A stretch of DNA of 64,000 bases, from NCBI GenBank assembly GCA_951406725.2, contig OX597814.1:41168001-41232000 (forward strand), given 5' to 3'. Of this stretch, positions 41,215-56,302 are shown piece by piece; positions within the stretch are counted from its first letter, which is position 1, and every line of letters begins with the position of its first letter. The translations under genes were made by a program, and so were the position numbers. The notes beneath the pieces were generated by a model. The model did not search any database and was not told the origin of the DNA. It saw nothing but the letters and a program-made list of their open reading frames with translations. This DNA comes from Octopus vulgaris. Its lineage: Eukaryota.

Positions 41215-42120
41215 TTAGGTTGTCAAGAAAGCTCTTGCGGAATTTCAAATTTTGGTTTTAAATTATGCATTTTCAAATAAAATTCCGTTAAACTACTTTG
41301 GCTTATAAATCATTTTAAAGCAAGTTTTTCGCTCTATCTAATCGTGTTGTTCTTGTTGTTTTTTAAATACTTAGGGCATTTATTGAGAAACGTTGAATAC
41401 AAGATGGTAAAACTTCAAATTTGCACAATTTTCTACTTCCAGTCTAAGCGATGCCGAAAAGCTGCTGAAACAACTCGCGATATCAACGATGCATTTTGTC
41501 TAGGAACCACTAATAAACGAACAGCACAATGGTGGCTCCAGAAATTCCGTAGCGGTGACGAGATTTCTCAAGATGATCAACGTAGTGGTCGGCAATCGGA
41601 TATTAACAACAATCAACTAAGAGCCGTAGTCTAAGCCAATGCCCGCACAACTATTCGAGAGCTTGCTTCGGAATTAGACGTAACATTTATGACAATATCG
41701 AACCACTTGAAAGTGATTGTAAAAACAAAACTATTTGAGAAACGGGGGCCTCACGAATTGAAAGACAACCAAATAATACGCCGTTTTGAAGTGTCGGCTT
41801 CCCTTCTTTTACGCAAGAAGAACGACCAGTTTCTCGACCGGAATGTGACTTGCGATGAAAACTGGATTATTTACGACAAATGGCGAGGCTCAGCTCAGTG
41901 GTTAGAAGCCGACGAAGCTCCACGGCACTTCGCGAAGCCAAAGTTGCACCATAAGTTGGTCATGGTGAATGCTTGGTGGTCTGCGATTAGTCTCATCTAT
42001 CACAACTTTTTGAATCCAAGCGAAAACATTACGGCGGAGAAGTACTGTGAGCATATGGATGAAATGCATAAGAAAGTCTGATAAGCTGCAGCATTGGTCA
42101 ATAGAAAAGGAGAATTCCAT
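41215..42120 (+). pseudogene. mariner (cecropia/Hsmar1-like) element: 5' TIR plus truncated transposase
   Basis: TA|TTAGGTTG left end. ORF from 41404: KAAETTRDINDAF..TAQWWLQKFRSGD..RSGR, (stop), PHELK, FLDRNVTCDENWIIYD, PKLHHKLVMVNAWWS. Truncated before the second catalytic D by a PLE-type unit. Confidence 0.93.
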
Positions 42121-42514
42121 AGCACACAACACAACCACGCACATTTCAGCACTGACCACTTCACAGACCCACCTTTTTACACCTACACATGCACACACGC
42201 ACACGTCATGGAATCCAGCCCTCTTCCGCACGCACAAACAAACTCTTATATACACACATGAACACCTTCCTTTTGGGATCACCACTAATTTATTATCTCC
42301 ACTTCTCCCTAGCTCTTCTGTGTTGCCCTTCTGTCCCGCATTCACCATGATAGATCGCTAGCTACTACGCATTTTTTATTTTCTCTCCTTGTTCCTTTCT
42401 GTGGAAGAGCGTAGGCTCGAAACGTTAAAGACATTTTCATTTCCTAAGCGTTATACTAATGCATCAGTTTGCTGTCTGCACCACCTGTCTTCGTCTTTTG
42501 TTTTTTCTTGTGAA

Positions 42515-42517
<3 letters not shown>
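42120..42517 (+). mobile_element. PLE-type unit related to family A, hammerhead variant at 42395-42430
   Basis: CTTT-CTGTGGA-A-GAGC-GTAG-GCTC-GAAACGTT-AAAG; downstream TTTCCTAAGCGT matches family A; ends in (TA)n. Confidence 0.7.
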
Positions 42518-42582
<65 letters not shown>

Positions 42583-42598
42583 GAAATATATATGTATA

Positions 42599-42735
<137 letters not shown>

Positions 42736-42737
42736 AA

Positions 42738-42792
<55 letters not shown>

Positions 42793-43258
42793 GTATATAT
42801 ATAAATATAAATTACATAGATATCCGCAATAAAACGTAAACGAAGAGAGCGAAATATATGCAAATTGCCCAGCGTACACCACGTGATCTTGAAAGCTCAC
42901 TATAGAATAAATGATATTCATTACCTTCTGAATAATAAATACATTTATTTTCTAACAACAAATATTATTTATTGTATAGTATTGTCACGAATTGTATAAT
43001 TATGTTTATAGTTCCTGCAATTATATAAACCAAGACAATATACTTCGGTCAATTGTAAATCAACTAAATCCTCTAAGGCTTTAGAAGATTATTCAGCTCT
43101 CTCAGTTCGATCTATCATGTCAACAATGAAATATACATACACACCTATACACTCTCACACTAACAATATATATGAACACACACGCTACCATACACATGCG
43201 CCCACGCACACATATGTATTTATGCGTGCATGAATGTGTGTGTGTCTGCATATATATA

Positions 43259-43324
<66 letters not shown>

Positions 43325-43337
43325 ACATACATATATG

Positions 43338-43411
<74 letters not shown>

Positions 43412-44344
43412 AAGCGTTGTGAATATAATCAGTTCAGTAGCTAATAAATATATCATTATTTAATTTAGTACAGTCTTATCAATAACTCGGGACTACTGCC
43501 CATTCATTAATCAGAGTAATAGTACGTTAACCATATATATTTTATTTCCAGTTCAAGTATGAATAGCAATTTATATCTTCGTAGATTATATTTTCCTTTG
43601 AATAGAAAATGGCCTTGTCGTAAATATAATCAAATTAAGAATATAATTTCCAGTATATAGTTATATAATTTCATTTTACGAAAAGCTATTGTCATGTCGT
43701 CTCTATATTCTTTGGATGATATACTCTAGCTATAATATAATTAATCAAAATGTAGGAATATACTCGATTATTCTGCTATCGATAACTTTAAAGTTGGTTT
43801 AAAATATTGCAACAAGTAAGGTTTGGCAAGGCTATGAAAGATTATGTTTTAGAACAAACTGACACAATCAATTGTGTCGATAACGTTAGGTTAAAATTAA
43901 TTGCATTTACGCATAGAATTCGTGGATGTGTCATTCGTTTCGATTCAAATTAATCTTGTATGGAAGAAAATGTTTTCAAGTGAAAATAAAATAGTCACAG
44001 GGAAAAATGGTTAATGGTTAATGTCTATCTGAAATGTATTTTAAATATTATTGAGTACCAGAGATTTAAGCTACTATTGTTAACCTGTATATGAATTTGT
44101 CTAAATTGTCAACCTGTTGGACTCTGGATCTTAATGTCCCATGTTCAATTTCCTAACTGGGTGTTACATTGTCCTCTTTTGAAAATACAACATTTAAGCT
44201 TGAATGACTTCAATGATATTGAGATACATCTGTTGCATATACTGCGAGAAAACCATTACGGCGAAATGTTGTAAATTCAGATGAAAACGAAGCCAATTGT
44301 AGATTGAATGATATTATTTGAATATACTAATATTCATAACAAGA

Positions 44345-44480
44345 AAAGGCAGCGAGATGAAATATGCGGCATTTCAATGTATTTACGTCCTGAGTTCAAA
44401 TTTAGCTGGGCTATTTATCCTTTCAGGGTCGATAAAATAAGTACCAGTTGAATACCGTGATCGATGTAATCGACTTAACT
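44345..44480 (+). mobile_element. SINE family 2 fragment
   Basis: AAGGCAGCGAG...CTGAGTTCAAAT...GTCGATAAAATAAGTACCAGTTG...GTAATCGACTTAA. Confidence 0.7.
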
Positions 44481-45879
44481 AGCATAGCGTTTTAATTATG
44501 CACAATACTTCCAAATCTGTAGTGATTTGATCGCATACGTTGTTCGACAAAGATACTTATCTATGTTGACGGAGCAGGTAAATATTTCTCTACCACCACT
44601 ATGCTGCTCCAAATTATACTACTTCTTATGAATTTATTAATGTTTAACTATTTGTATTAGAAAACTTTGCTATATAAACATACTAAACCAACTGATATTA
44701 ATTTGGTAAAGAAGTACGGACTGAGAATCGTATGGATATATTCTATATCATTTAGTTAAACTAAGTGCCAGGGTTTATGTAGGTATTATTATATATACAA
44801 TTAAACAAGTTTGTATCGAGATTTGGTACCATTACCAAAATATGTGCTACGGAGTTTAAGTATATCATGATGTAAAAATGTAGGAGTTTATATTGAATGG
44901 TATCTATGAATGATGTAAGGGGAGAGAGTTTTCTATAATGCAAGGAGCTGTTATTTGCAACGAAAATAGTCTTGAACAAATATACAAATGATTATAATCA
45001 ACCCAGTCATGGGAATTCTATTTTGTAATTCAAATATACTACAACCTGGACTACAGTTTTGATGATGAACTTATTAAATATAGCATAGAGTATATAGTAT
45101 ACATAAATACATATAATGTTTAACTGCTCTTGCGATGTAACTGTTATGGTAATTAGGTCAAACAGATCAGATATATTCACTTGATGGTTTAGGAATAATA
45201 GTTGTTTGTACCTAACCGCCCTCAGCAAGAAAGACTATTAACACAAGTTATACAAAGTGAAAAGGTACATCTTACAGATACATATCCAATACGAAATGAA
45301 CGCCACTGTATTAGCACAGTAACATGGTAAATATTTGACGGCATGCTCTTTTGAAATCTAACAGCAAATATCACAGAATCTTGTTCAAAGTGTGACGGAA
45401 CTATCGAGTGAAAAATTCATCTGAGGATCCAGTGAAACATGATATTTCTGAAAATAATTCATTGACAATGCGAGCGAAGACACAAAACGCCCCAGACACA
45501 AAATAATATCGGTAGGCGAAACTGCTAGAAATGCATGGACAATGTAACGAAATGTCAGGTTCACACACACCATGTCATTCAACTGACATATATGACCCTT
45601 AGACGTCTCATGCTGATACAGTATTATAAAGTTGGGACTCAGCTATACTCTAATGGCATTATGTAAAATATATATCTCCACATTATTTACATCTTTCATA
45701 GTAATCCCTGTACATATTAATTACTTGATAAATATGTTAGGAGTTGAAAGTAGTGAGAGTGATATTGTGGTTTCTAGTATATATATATATATATATATAT
45801 ATACAGGCATAACTTGTGTTTGTATGTGCGTGCTTGTGTGTGATGATTATATAGAAAATAATGTAAAATAGTGATACTT

Positions 45880-46200
45880 TATTAAATGATGAATGGAATT
45901 AAAATTCCATAAGTTGAAAATATAATAGTTTCCCCATACAAAGGCACTACTCGAAGTTTCCATCTTTATGAGTGCATTTTTGCTAAGAACAAAGTGTGAT
46001 CTCGAATCTTTCTTGAAAAGGTTCAGGTTTGCACACTTTTTACCCCACTTCATCACAGCTAATTTCACTTGCTCTTTTCCACTAAATAGTTGTTTGCCAA
46101 AAACATCTTGTTCTGAACATATCAGGCGATAGTTGGAGGACGCTAGAACCACACTGTACGGGAATTATTCCACAAATACCCGACCTAATGCGTCGATTAC
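45880..46200 (-). mobile_element. mariner C-terminal remnant
   Basis: PYSVVLASSNYRLI...LFSGKEQVKLAVMKWGK corresponds to PYSPDLAPSDYHLF...VK.AV..W. Confidence 0.65.
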
Positions 46201-47015
46201 CTGATTTGCTGTCAAATGGGTAAATAATTTCGTTTAACTTACTTGTTCACTCCGTTCATCCAGATGTCTTCCCCCAAGCTCTTTGAGTATCTTATTGCAT
46301 CACTGTTAACGATAGAGACTTGTGCTAAAGATCAAGATGGAGTCTTTGTGATCCTCAACAACTGCTAACGTAATTGTTCTGATTACATTCGGACGTCTTA
46401 AGTATTTGAGTCAAAGGTGAAGCACCATTCTATCGAGCAGTGTTTCGTTTCCGGATGAGGAAGATACGTCCTCTTTTCACCATTTACAACCTAATAGAGA
46501 AAAAGCATGTATTAGAAGGTCACAAAAAATTCCAACAGATACGTGCACATTTCGTTCATTCAAATCAAGTGACAACTACTGGGGTAACAAATTTACAGAC
46601 ACTTCATGATATCAATATCTACCAATATCTTCTCACCTTAAGCTATTCGAATATGAATTATCTCCGCCGAACACCCAGATAAAGTTATCTATTTGCTGTG
46701 ATACCTGTCAGTGGTCGAAGTTATTCCTCTGCCAATGCATAGTTTTCATTTTTTAAATATCTTCTTCTGTCTACCCACATTGATCTTGTCAATAGATTTA
46801 TCTCCTTAAGCAACCTGTAATCTTCTGTGGATGACACAAAGCTTACCGCCAACTTTCCTGATAGAGGAAGCGTTATAATACCAAATCGTACAAGTGTATT
46901 TAAGCCTTCTATCATTAAATATGCAGACACAAATACGCACACACGCACATACAAATACAAAATAATGTATATATATCTATCTATCTATAATGTCCATATA
47001 TACATTTATATATAA

Positions 47016-47054
<39 letters not shown>

Positions 47055-48924
47055 CATGCATATATACATACATACATACATACATATATATATATACATA
47101 TATATATATATAAACATATATGCATACATACATACACACATCCATACATACATTCATGCATACATATATATTCACACATAAATGTACACACGCGTATATA
47201 AGTGCAAGTGGTTATACGTACAGAGGCAAACAAGCAAACATTATCCGAAACACGCACAGTTATGTAGGGGGAAGATAAAATACGTAAAATATTCTACTTG
47301 TTCCATGCGTGTGTAAATGTTGCTGTCAACTGTTTCGAGACTTTTAAAGTGTGTGTCAATACAAAATACAATTAATACCTCTTCTAATATATTCTGCTCT
47401 AGCCATCGCTTTCTTTCAATTTATAATGGAATTGTAAACATTTTTGCGACGTGTTGTAATGTGTATTAGGTGTGAAACAGGCACGGACGTGTGATGTATT
47501 CTCTAAAGACGATTATATATTTTACAAAACAGAAGTACAAAATATTTTAAAAGGTAAAAAAAACAAAACCAAGAGTTCTTTATTGTAGAAGCAAACATTC
47601 CAATGTAAATTTCCAGAGCTGATTAATACAATAATGCTACAAGTTTAGAGATATTCAGCACAAGCAATGAATGGTGTAAAACAGTTCAATTTTAGAAAAA
47701 TTAATCCCAAAAGTAACGACGAATTACTTTCAAAAGATGTGCTACTCGTATTTTGTAAAGCTCTATACTCTGCATCGTAGGACATAAATAGAAATTTAAG
47801 GGTAAAGCTGTTTAATGTAAAGAACTGTGTTACACTGAAAGAGTATTTGGAAATAAAATCGAATCAATTATGTTTGAAGTCGGTTGATCAGTGAAACAAC
47901 AAATGAGATTATGTATCTAAGAACAAAAAGAAGAAAGTTTTATATAAATAATGCTCAAGAATGTACTAAGAATAGCTACAAACATCATACTTTCGACGAA
48001 AGAAAAATAATGAGAAAATGTCAAATTGGCTAAAACGAACTTGAAGAGAGCTAAAAGGAAAGAATAGCATAACGTAACGAGTGCTAAACTGACTGCGTTT
48101 TATTCACAACTTTTATTGTCTGGTGTGTACTATAAATGCTTTCTGAATATATTTTTGGCAAATCAGAAATTTTCAAAATTGGTTATATAAATGAATGTAA
48201 TAACGTTAGTAAAAGCACAGTAGAGCTTATCCAGAATAAACGACTAGATATAACAAAAATATATAACTTTCGTAGTAACATATTTCTTAAGGAAATTTAA
48301 AATAGCAATATTGATTAAATAGCAATACTTGCAGCATGTGCAATTACTTAAAAATAGGGGTACTTTGTAATTTATATTGTGATAATATTGAAAGATACTG
48401 AACGATATAATTGAATTATTTATCCTCACAGAGGGACGCATCTGCAACAAATATAAGATTCGAATTTCATTCTGAAGAAGTGTGTATAATATTCGCTTAC
48501 CTAATTATTCTGGCGTTACAAAAGTTTTCAAATAGCGACACAACAAAACATCTAATTAATTTCTTAGCTATTACCGACTCGTATCCGTTACTCTGTTACA
48601 TATGGGCGACAAAAGACATTCTACACAACTAAGAAAGCATGAATGAAGTAATATCCAGTGTATACTTTTCACTGTAGCCCGTGAAATATTGGCAAATGAC
48701 AACGCCTGGGATTTTCCCTGCATATATTTGTTTCATTAAAGTGTCTGTGTCTATATCTGTGTATGTGTGTGTTTGTGTGTGTGTGTGTGTGTGTGGCCGT
48801 TGTCTTTGTTTCTGTTTTTTCAGTGATTCTGGATGATCAGTTTGCCAATATATTCAAACACATGGTTTATATCGTATCCCTTTAAGCTTTGATTAACTTA
48901 AGATATATTTTGTCAACAATTATG

Positions 48925-49470
48925 CTTCTTGAGTGCGAGTGGGCGACTGGAATGTTATCGTTTGTGCATCTCCTGATTGTGTGAGACCACTTGACAAGAG
49001 AAAGGTGCCAAATTCTCAAAAACGTGTAAGTCATTTCCGACACATTGAGAGGCAAGACTATTGTCAGAATGCGCCGATTTGCACATGGTTAAATAGCATC
49101 AGATCAAACAGACCGGAGCTGCATAGAATAATGTGTAAGCTAACGGATAAGGATAACATAGGTTGTCCAGAATACTAGTTGATCAGCTGCACAAACGGTA
49201 ATATATTTCAACAGTACGATCGATTTCTCTAGGTTTCATACAAAGAGACCTGATTGGCTCGAGGATGTCGAAACTAATCGCAGGTGTACAGCATTCGTTC
49301 AACTATTTGGAGCAAGAAGGTGGACAGGAAACGCAGATAGGTTTTGATGTCTAATTCGACACCTTGTCGGGTAATTTGCGTCAGGATCAGATTTTTTACG
49401 AATATTGGACAACTAATGAGATTGGGGAAGCAACAACTTATTGAATGCGGTACAAGTCGAAGAGTCTAGA
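48925..49470 (+). pseudogene. Possible L1/Tx1-like APE endonuclease fragment
   Basis: VGDWNVI...D...PICTWLNS...ELHRI resembles the GDxN / xTW / xDR motifs; heavily decayed. Confidence 0.45.
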
Positions 49471-49512
49471 TGGCTTGACCTACAATATTCGTCTTCACAT
49501 GCTACATTTAGA

Positions 49513-49634
49513 AGTAGTAGTGGTAGTAATGATAGTAACAGCAACAGCAGCAGCAGCAGTAGTAATAGTAGTCGTCGTCGTCGTCGTAGTAGTAGTAGTA
49601 GTAGTAGTATAGTAGTAGTAGTAGTAGCAGCACT

Positions 49635-49722
<88 letters not shown>

Positions 49723-49741
49723 GTAGTAGTAGTAGTAGTAA
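49513..49741. repeat. (GTA)n/(GCA)n trinucleotide microsatellite
   Basis: Direct inspection. Confidence 0.95.
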
Positions 49742-50044
49742 TGGTTCTCTTCAGTTTGTCCGCAAATTTATTAATTATTGTTTTTTAGCTAAAAAGTTTG
49801 AATCTTCGTATAATGGTGTAATTTCTCCCGCTGAACAAGGTTTCAACATTTTCGACAAAATTTCGTATTTTAGAATATATATCGTGTTAAAGTTGTCGTA
49901 TTTGTGTAATTTTAACGAATCAGCGACGTGTATTTATCTGAGGAAAGCTACTGCTGTTTGCGATAGTAATCGAAGAGCAACAAATTCCGGGTAGAAATCC
50001 CTTTATAATGTCGCAACTTTCCTGGATATACTACGTTTTCAGTC

Positions 50045-50260
50045 AGCGGCGATCTGACAAGAATTATCATCTCGCTAGGCATAATGCTTAGCGGCATCAT
50101 GTCGGTCTTCACGTTCTGAGTTCAAAATTAGACTTTGTCGAGTTTGCCATTCATCTTTATGCGGTTGATACAATAAGAACCAGTTAAAATCTAGAGTCGA
50201 TCCCAACCCGTTTGACTGCTGGCCTTTGGCGAAAATTTGAAGTAAATTCATAAGAAACTT
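50045..50260 (+). mobile_element. SINE family 2, degenerate
   Basis: ATGCTTAGCGGCAT...ACGTTCTGAGTTCAAA...ATAAGAACCAGTT...GTCGAT. Confidence 0.65.
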
Positions 50261-50941
50261 TTGCCATACGAATCTACAAAATAAAATATACATCCTGGGT
50301 TTGTTTCTGTACGAAGTTTATTTCCTTCTTTTATATTTTCCGTTTACTTGCATAAGAAAATAACCAGGACCCTTTATACTGCGTCGGGTGGAGGAAATCT
50401 GAAAATATCATATTGGTAAATAAATTATTTTAAAGTATGCAAAATAAGAGAAAAAAACACTTATTTAATTGCAATGGAACATATTAATAATGATCTGAAA
50501 CAGAAAGTCAGTGCACTAACATTTTATCTATGGGTATACATATAAACATATTCCTATGTAAATATTAATTATTCTGATGGAAAAAGAGCATGAAGCCAAC
50601 AGATTAAATAGAAATTCATGTTTAAAATCATATAGGTGTATCGGGTCCTATATAATTTTCCAGTTATTGACATTGATATCGGTTTCTGGTGAATTTTTAA
50701 TGTCATGTAGCCTAACTTATACTTTGAAAATATTGAAGCTACGCAATGACAAATTTCAAAATATCCTCTTCCTTGAAAAGTGTTGAATGGATTACTTAAT
50801 TCTTAATCTATACCATATATATTCAATAAATTTTGCGTGTGACGTTTCTAATACACATCAATGACAAATTTACTTAATCGCCACAAATTTTGAGCAACAG
50901 CTTGCCGAAATGGATGTTTGGGAGTTGAATCTCCCTCTATA

Positions 50942-51053
<112 letters not shown>

Positions 51054-53819
51054 TAGTAATGTGTCAATGTCTGGGCAAGAAGAAAATAAATAGATAAAAA
51101 TCAGCGTCGGTTAGGTATCGGCAAATTTTTATATCATGGTTTTGGTATTTGTGCACAGCGGGTTTTTCGGGAGGATTATTTATTGCGAATTAAATCATGG
51201 GAGGATCCAGGGAGGTTTTTCCATGGGCATATTCTCTTGACCTTATTAGCTCCACCTTTTTCACTTAATATCAATCATATGATTCATAATTATTTAATAC
51301 GTATTTATATTTAATTCGTATATAATTTCTGCTTCCAGAAACCATTCAAATTCTATGAGTAACACCTGCCAAATTTGAATAATGTACTCAATTATATTGA
51401 ATTTGACTTAAATTGTTTTTGTAATCGATAAAATAAAATAGAGTTTTAATTTATAAAATAAAATAGAGTTTTGTGTAGTAATCGACTTTAACTCTCACCC
51501 CAAAATTACGAGAGTTAAGCCTTTCGTGGGAACGGATTATTTATAAGAAAATATGCTTTTAATTCTGACTTTGTACAGTGAAACTCATAAATACAGCAGT
51601 TTTCTGATCAGTTCACCAATGTTTCAAGCTCAGCTTCAAACATATTCGATAATGTAGACATAAATCAAACGATATTTCAAAATACATCATACATAGTGCT
51701 GTTATGCTTTCTCAGTTTGGAAATGGATGATTACAGCATTGTGTATTCTTGACAGCTTAGCATTGCCTCAATATTCTCTCCCATTATATAGCCCCGAGGC
51801 AGTCAACGACGCTTTGTTATTAATAGAATTTATGAGAGTTATGTTGTCTTGTAGAGGTGAAACTATCTATTTCGGCACGAAGAAACTCTAATGATGTGTA
51901 TGCATTTCATTTCAGAAGAGATTTATACCTTATGCACTTAACGCTACTGTTCTATTTTGGAGAACCTGAACAGCTGATATTTCTGAGCTGGTTACAATTG
52001 TAAAATTTCCTAAGAAAGATGAAAGTAATATGAGAATCTGCAACTAAATATCTCTGCGTTATTTGGACAACGTTTGAAATTTTGTATTTGCATTTCAAAT
52101 CTTTTGCCAGGATATAATTTAAATTTCAAGCACCATGTAGTACCTAAATACTAAGTAATTTTCACTCACTAATCATTGATTAAATCTACAATTTCATCAC
52201 GTGTTGCTCTTTACCAAAATATGAGAGGTGATCAGACGGTGTCACATTTACGTTGCATTATTATGATGATATAGACAGGGTTGAATTCATTAAAGAATAT
52301 CCGGAATGCCTTAAAGTATCATAGATTAATTTGACCATCTTCCTTTACAGTTCACCAGCATATACTTAATATAACGCCTATATTCTCACAACCTATTGAT
52401 TAGAATACCATCATGGAACACAGAAGTATTTATAATCAGCTTAACAAATTTAAAGCATAATTGCAAATAAAATAATTATTTTTATTTAGCTTGACATATA
52501 TCAAAGAGATTACTAAATTGCTCAAAGAGATTACTTAACAGTTCAAATACATAATCAATCAGACGGGAGCGTTTCAGAAACAAATTTCCCTGAGTATTGA
52601 AACATCAATTCTTAACAATTCATGATTCTTTTCAGTAGAATAGATAATACATGTTTAATAGTGATTAATTTTAATTGTCTCCTGTATCCTGATTTGTATG
52701 AGCGTTCCGTGGAAAATGAATAATCCACATTCAGGTAACTAAAGTATTAAGATTAAAGTCATGATTCAGCATTATAAGTGTTATAAAATATTTAGTATAA
52801 AACTAAGTAGTTTCAGTTCTGTTGTGCACCAACATCTCCAGTGCCATGAGTAATACTAAACTTCTCGGGATATCAGATTACATCCTTCATTTCACTCAAA
52901 ATTCCATAATTATAATACGTAAAAATCCCTCTCTATTAACAAAAAAGAAAATGGATCTCTAAATCAGCTGTCCAGTAGAATGTACACAAATTTTATGAGA
53001 ACTCTGATAGCATATGCCTAGCATCAGAAATAATTAGCTACTTAACTGCTTACCACATAATATCTATCAATGCCGCCATCACCCAAATAGTTTATTATCC
53101 ACAAATGAGAAGTTGTAAACAGGAAAATGAAAAAAAGCTAGAAATGCCCGAGAAAGTCACCAATGACAATCTGTGGGTTCATGCAGGGAGTCAAATTCAG
53201 CGTGCAAAACAATCCAAAGTAACGTCCGCTGAAACATCCTTTAATTTTGCAATGTCTTTTCATTTTCGTTGTTCAATACCTCTTACACTTTGTAAATTGA
53301 TATATCTATAGGAGCTACTGATGTAGGGAAAAATACCGCACTGGAAACACCTTTATGTACGTAATGTATCTGCCAATTACTCGTTTAAATTCTTACTAGT
53401 GTAGTTTTGAAATTCTTTCAGCTCCTGCGGATATATATTTGTATGTTTAGCGTGTGTACGCGTTTGTCGTAAAAACGTAGTTTTACACCAACTGAGATTT
53501 AGAAAGGAGCACAACGCCCATTGAGGCAATATAATACAGTAAATTCTATAACAGGCCTTAGCGTAATTTCAAGTGTATTGAGAATTACATTCCTTAACGC
53601 TCCATGACACAGCCTGTGCATTAATTCTCTATCAAAACATATCCAAACTATATAGTTTACAAAATCATATCGAAAATATGTAGTTTACAAATACTTAGCA
53701 AAAACTTTGAATAACCATCAGCATTTGGTGAAATATCCATTCACATTGTTTAGCAGGAAGTCAAAATTTGAATGATAGCAATGTGTTCAACAAAACAGGA
53801 CGACACAAACGTTGCAAAT

Positions 53820-54745
53820 CACATAAAAAACGCAAATAAATAGTTAAATACGTGAACAACGAGGAAACAAATGGATAACAAGACAAGTAAACACAGATAA
53901 AGGACCCCTCTATCTACTCTATAATTGCCCCTATAATTTCTAAGATAAAATTTAGGATTTATATGGCAGGGTTAAAGTTTGGGACAAATTTGACAGTGGA
54001 GAGAAACAAGGAATCCGAAAGAAAACAAACATGGTGGGTTGTTAGACAAGAAAGAGTGGAAAATAGAGAACGCTGTGAGAAGCATCTTTTTTAAAAGACA
54101 AAAAAATAGAGGAGAGAGAAAATAAAACGTCCACTCTTCTCAACGTCCTTGAAGGAAAAGAAAGAGGATCAATTGTGAGCAATGAGAGGGAGAGAGAGAG
54201 AGAGAGAGCGAAATAGAGGAGGGAGAGAGACAGATAGAAAACAGTGAGAGAAGGAAAGGAGAAAAAAGGAAAATAGTGAAGGATGGGGGGAAGGAAACAG
54301 TATAGATTAGATGAACATAATCTTACTTGGAAATGGATGCGTCGCATTCGATTAAATAATAAATAGTAAATAACGTATATAATATATAAATGTGAGTGTG
54401 TGTGTTTCTGTGTAAATATATACATGCTTACATGTGTGCAGGATGTCACCGACGGTACAAATAACACGAAATACGCAAACAAACGCGTTAAATTTGTAAA
54501 CGAGGGAAAATGGAAGCATGTAAACAAAGAAAATGGACCCTTCGTCGGCAGTCGGTTGTCTATCTACTCTGCACTTCGTGCATTCAACGACAATGTGGAT
54601 CTTCAAAGACAGTCGTTCCCATAAATTCTAAAAAGAAATTTAGGATTTATAGAGGGTTAAATTTGAGAACAGAAACATGACAGTGGAAACATATAAAGGA
54701 AACCGAACGTAAACATGGAGGTTCGTTAGACAGAGAGAGAGAGAT
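53820..54745 (-). repeat. Tandem pair of family B pLTR-like units
   Basis: 53820-54070 and 54445-54745 share AAATTTAGGATTTATA..AGGGTTAAA..TGACAGTGGA..GTTAGACA and TCTATCTACTCT. Confidence 0.6.
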
Positions 54746-55058
54746 GGAGAGGGGGGAGAGAGAGAAGGAGAGAGAGAAATAGATAGAAAAACATTTAGAC
54801 GGATAGATAAATAGATAGACCGAAAGATATAGAGACAGATAGATAGACAGACAAGGTGAATTCAAAGAGTATCTGATTATCCAGCCAAACTAATGTCGCA
54901 GGGGTAAAAATCATTTGGATGGGAGGGGAGGTTAACCGTTATACGCATTCGCGAATATTTTTCGCGCCGTTCCGTGCTGTTACGCCTAGCGAAGCGAAGT
55001 GTAATATGCGCTCGTCAGATTTTGACGGAGGCGCTTGGGATTCGGTGAGTTCACCGCA

Positions 55059-55177
55059 TTACTACTATTACTACTACTACAACAACAACAACAACTACTA
55101 CTACTAATACTACTACAACTACTACTACTATAACTACTACTACTACTACTACTACTACTATAACTACTACTACTATA

Positions 55178-55265
<88 letters not shown>
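55059..55265. repeat. (TAC)n-(TAA)n microsatellite
   Basis: Direct inspection. Confidence 0.95.
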
Positions 55266-55266
<1 letters not shown>

Positions 55267-55379
55267 TATAAATATTAATAATAATAAAATATGATTTCAT
55301 TTATGTCACCAGGGTGGAAAATTAGGAGTAATAGTGATATAATCCTCCGGATACAGAATAAAATCTAGGGATCATCGAA

Positions 55380-55815
55380 GAATTCCACTGACCAAGATCT
55401 CCCTGAACACCATGATATTATATATTGCGATACCTGGGGATCCGCGCATAAATGACAAAGAACTAGAAAATGTTGAAAAGTACAGACTACGGAAACACGA
55501 AATACGAAATTGCAAGACTGTGGACTATGGGGTGAGTGTTTGTGATCCCAGTAATTGTATGGGCTCGTGGAGCGCTAGTAACGAAGTTAGAGAATGATGT
55601 CAGAGAAAGCAGAATTGACATGTGAGCAGAAGAAGCCACTGAAACGCATCTGCTGGGGAGATCTAGGACATGAAATGTTCAACCAAGTAACCAATCTTAT
55701 AACATGAAGAAAGAGACACCGTGACACCTCTGACAGCAGGGTACAGTCCGCTCTCATAGAATCAAACAGAGCAAACAAGAAGTAGCCTTCTGAGAAGGAA
55801 AATAATAATAATAAT
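55380..55815 (+). pseudogene. R4/Dong-like LINE 3' fragment (REL endonuclease)
   Basis: YIAIPGDPRINDKELENVEKY corresponds to the DIAxPxD..KE.EK..KY REL motif, followed by VIPVIV. Ends in (TAA)n and is preceded by (TAA)n. Confidence 0.75.
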
Positions 55816-56302
55816 ATAATAATAAGAACATTGGCAATATAAATACCCGTTACCAAATATACACTTAATTTCGGGCATTCCTGTGTAAAAACAAAATAGA
55901 ACTAAACGAGTTTCACTCTTCATTCCGCCATTTGCTGTATCGAACGGAAAACAACATTTCACTAATTCGTTGGACATTTCGATACCTCGATGAATTAAGT
56001 CAAGTTAACCGAGTCAAGTTTCACATCAAATCCGAAGTCCCAGGTAATGTTTCTAATATAAACTTGCCCTCATATTATTTGTGTAAAATAATTAGTAAAA
56101 AACAAATTTAACTAGTTTTCTTTCGAAGTCAGTATTACGTTACGCTTATTATCTAAATCATTATATTTCCTTATGAACTGTACACTGTTTCAAAATATTT
56201 GATAATAAACAACAGTAATTCTAATGTATCAGACGCCACTTACTCATATGAATTACGAACATATTTTTAATTTTATTAAGTAAACCTAGTTGTTAAATCA
56301 TA

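Noticed and set aside
45270-45360. Possible minus-strand exon bounded by TTAG and GTAAG
   Set aside because: Short, with no recognisable protein motif; such splice-like signals occur by chance.
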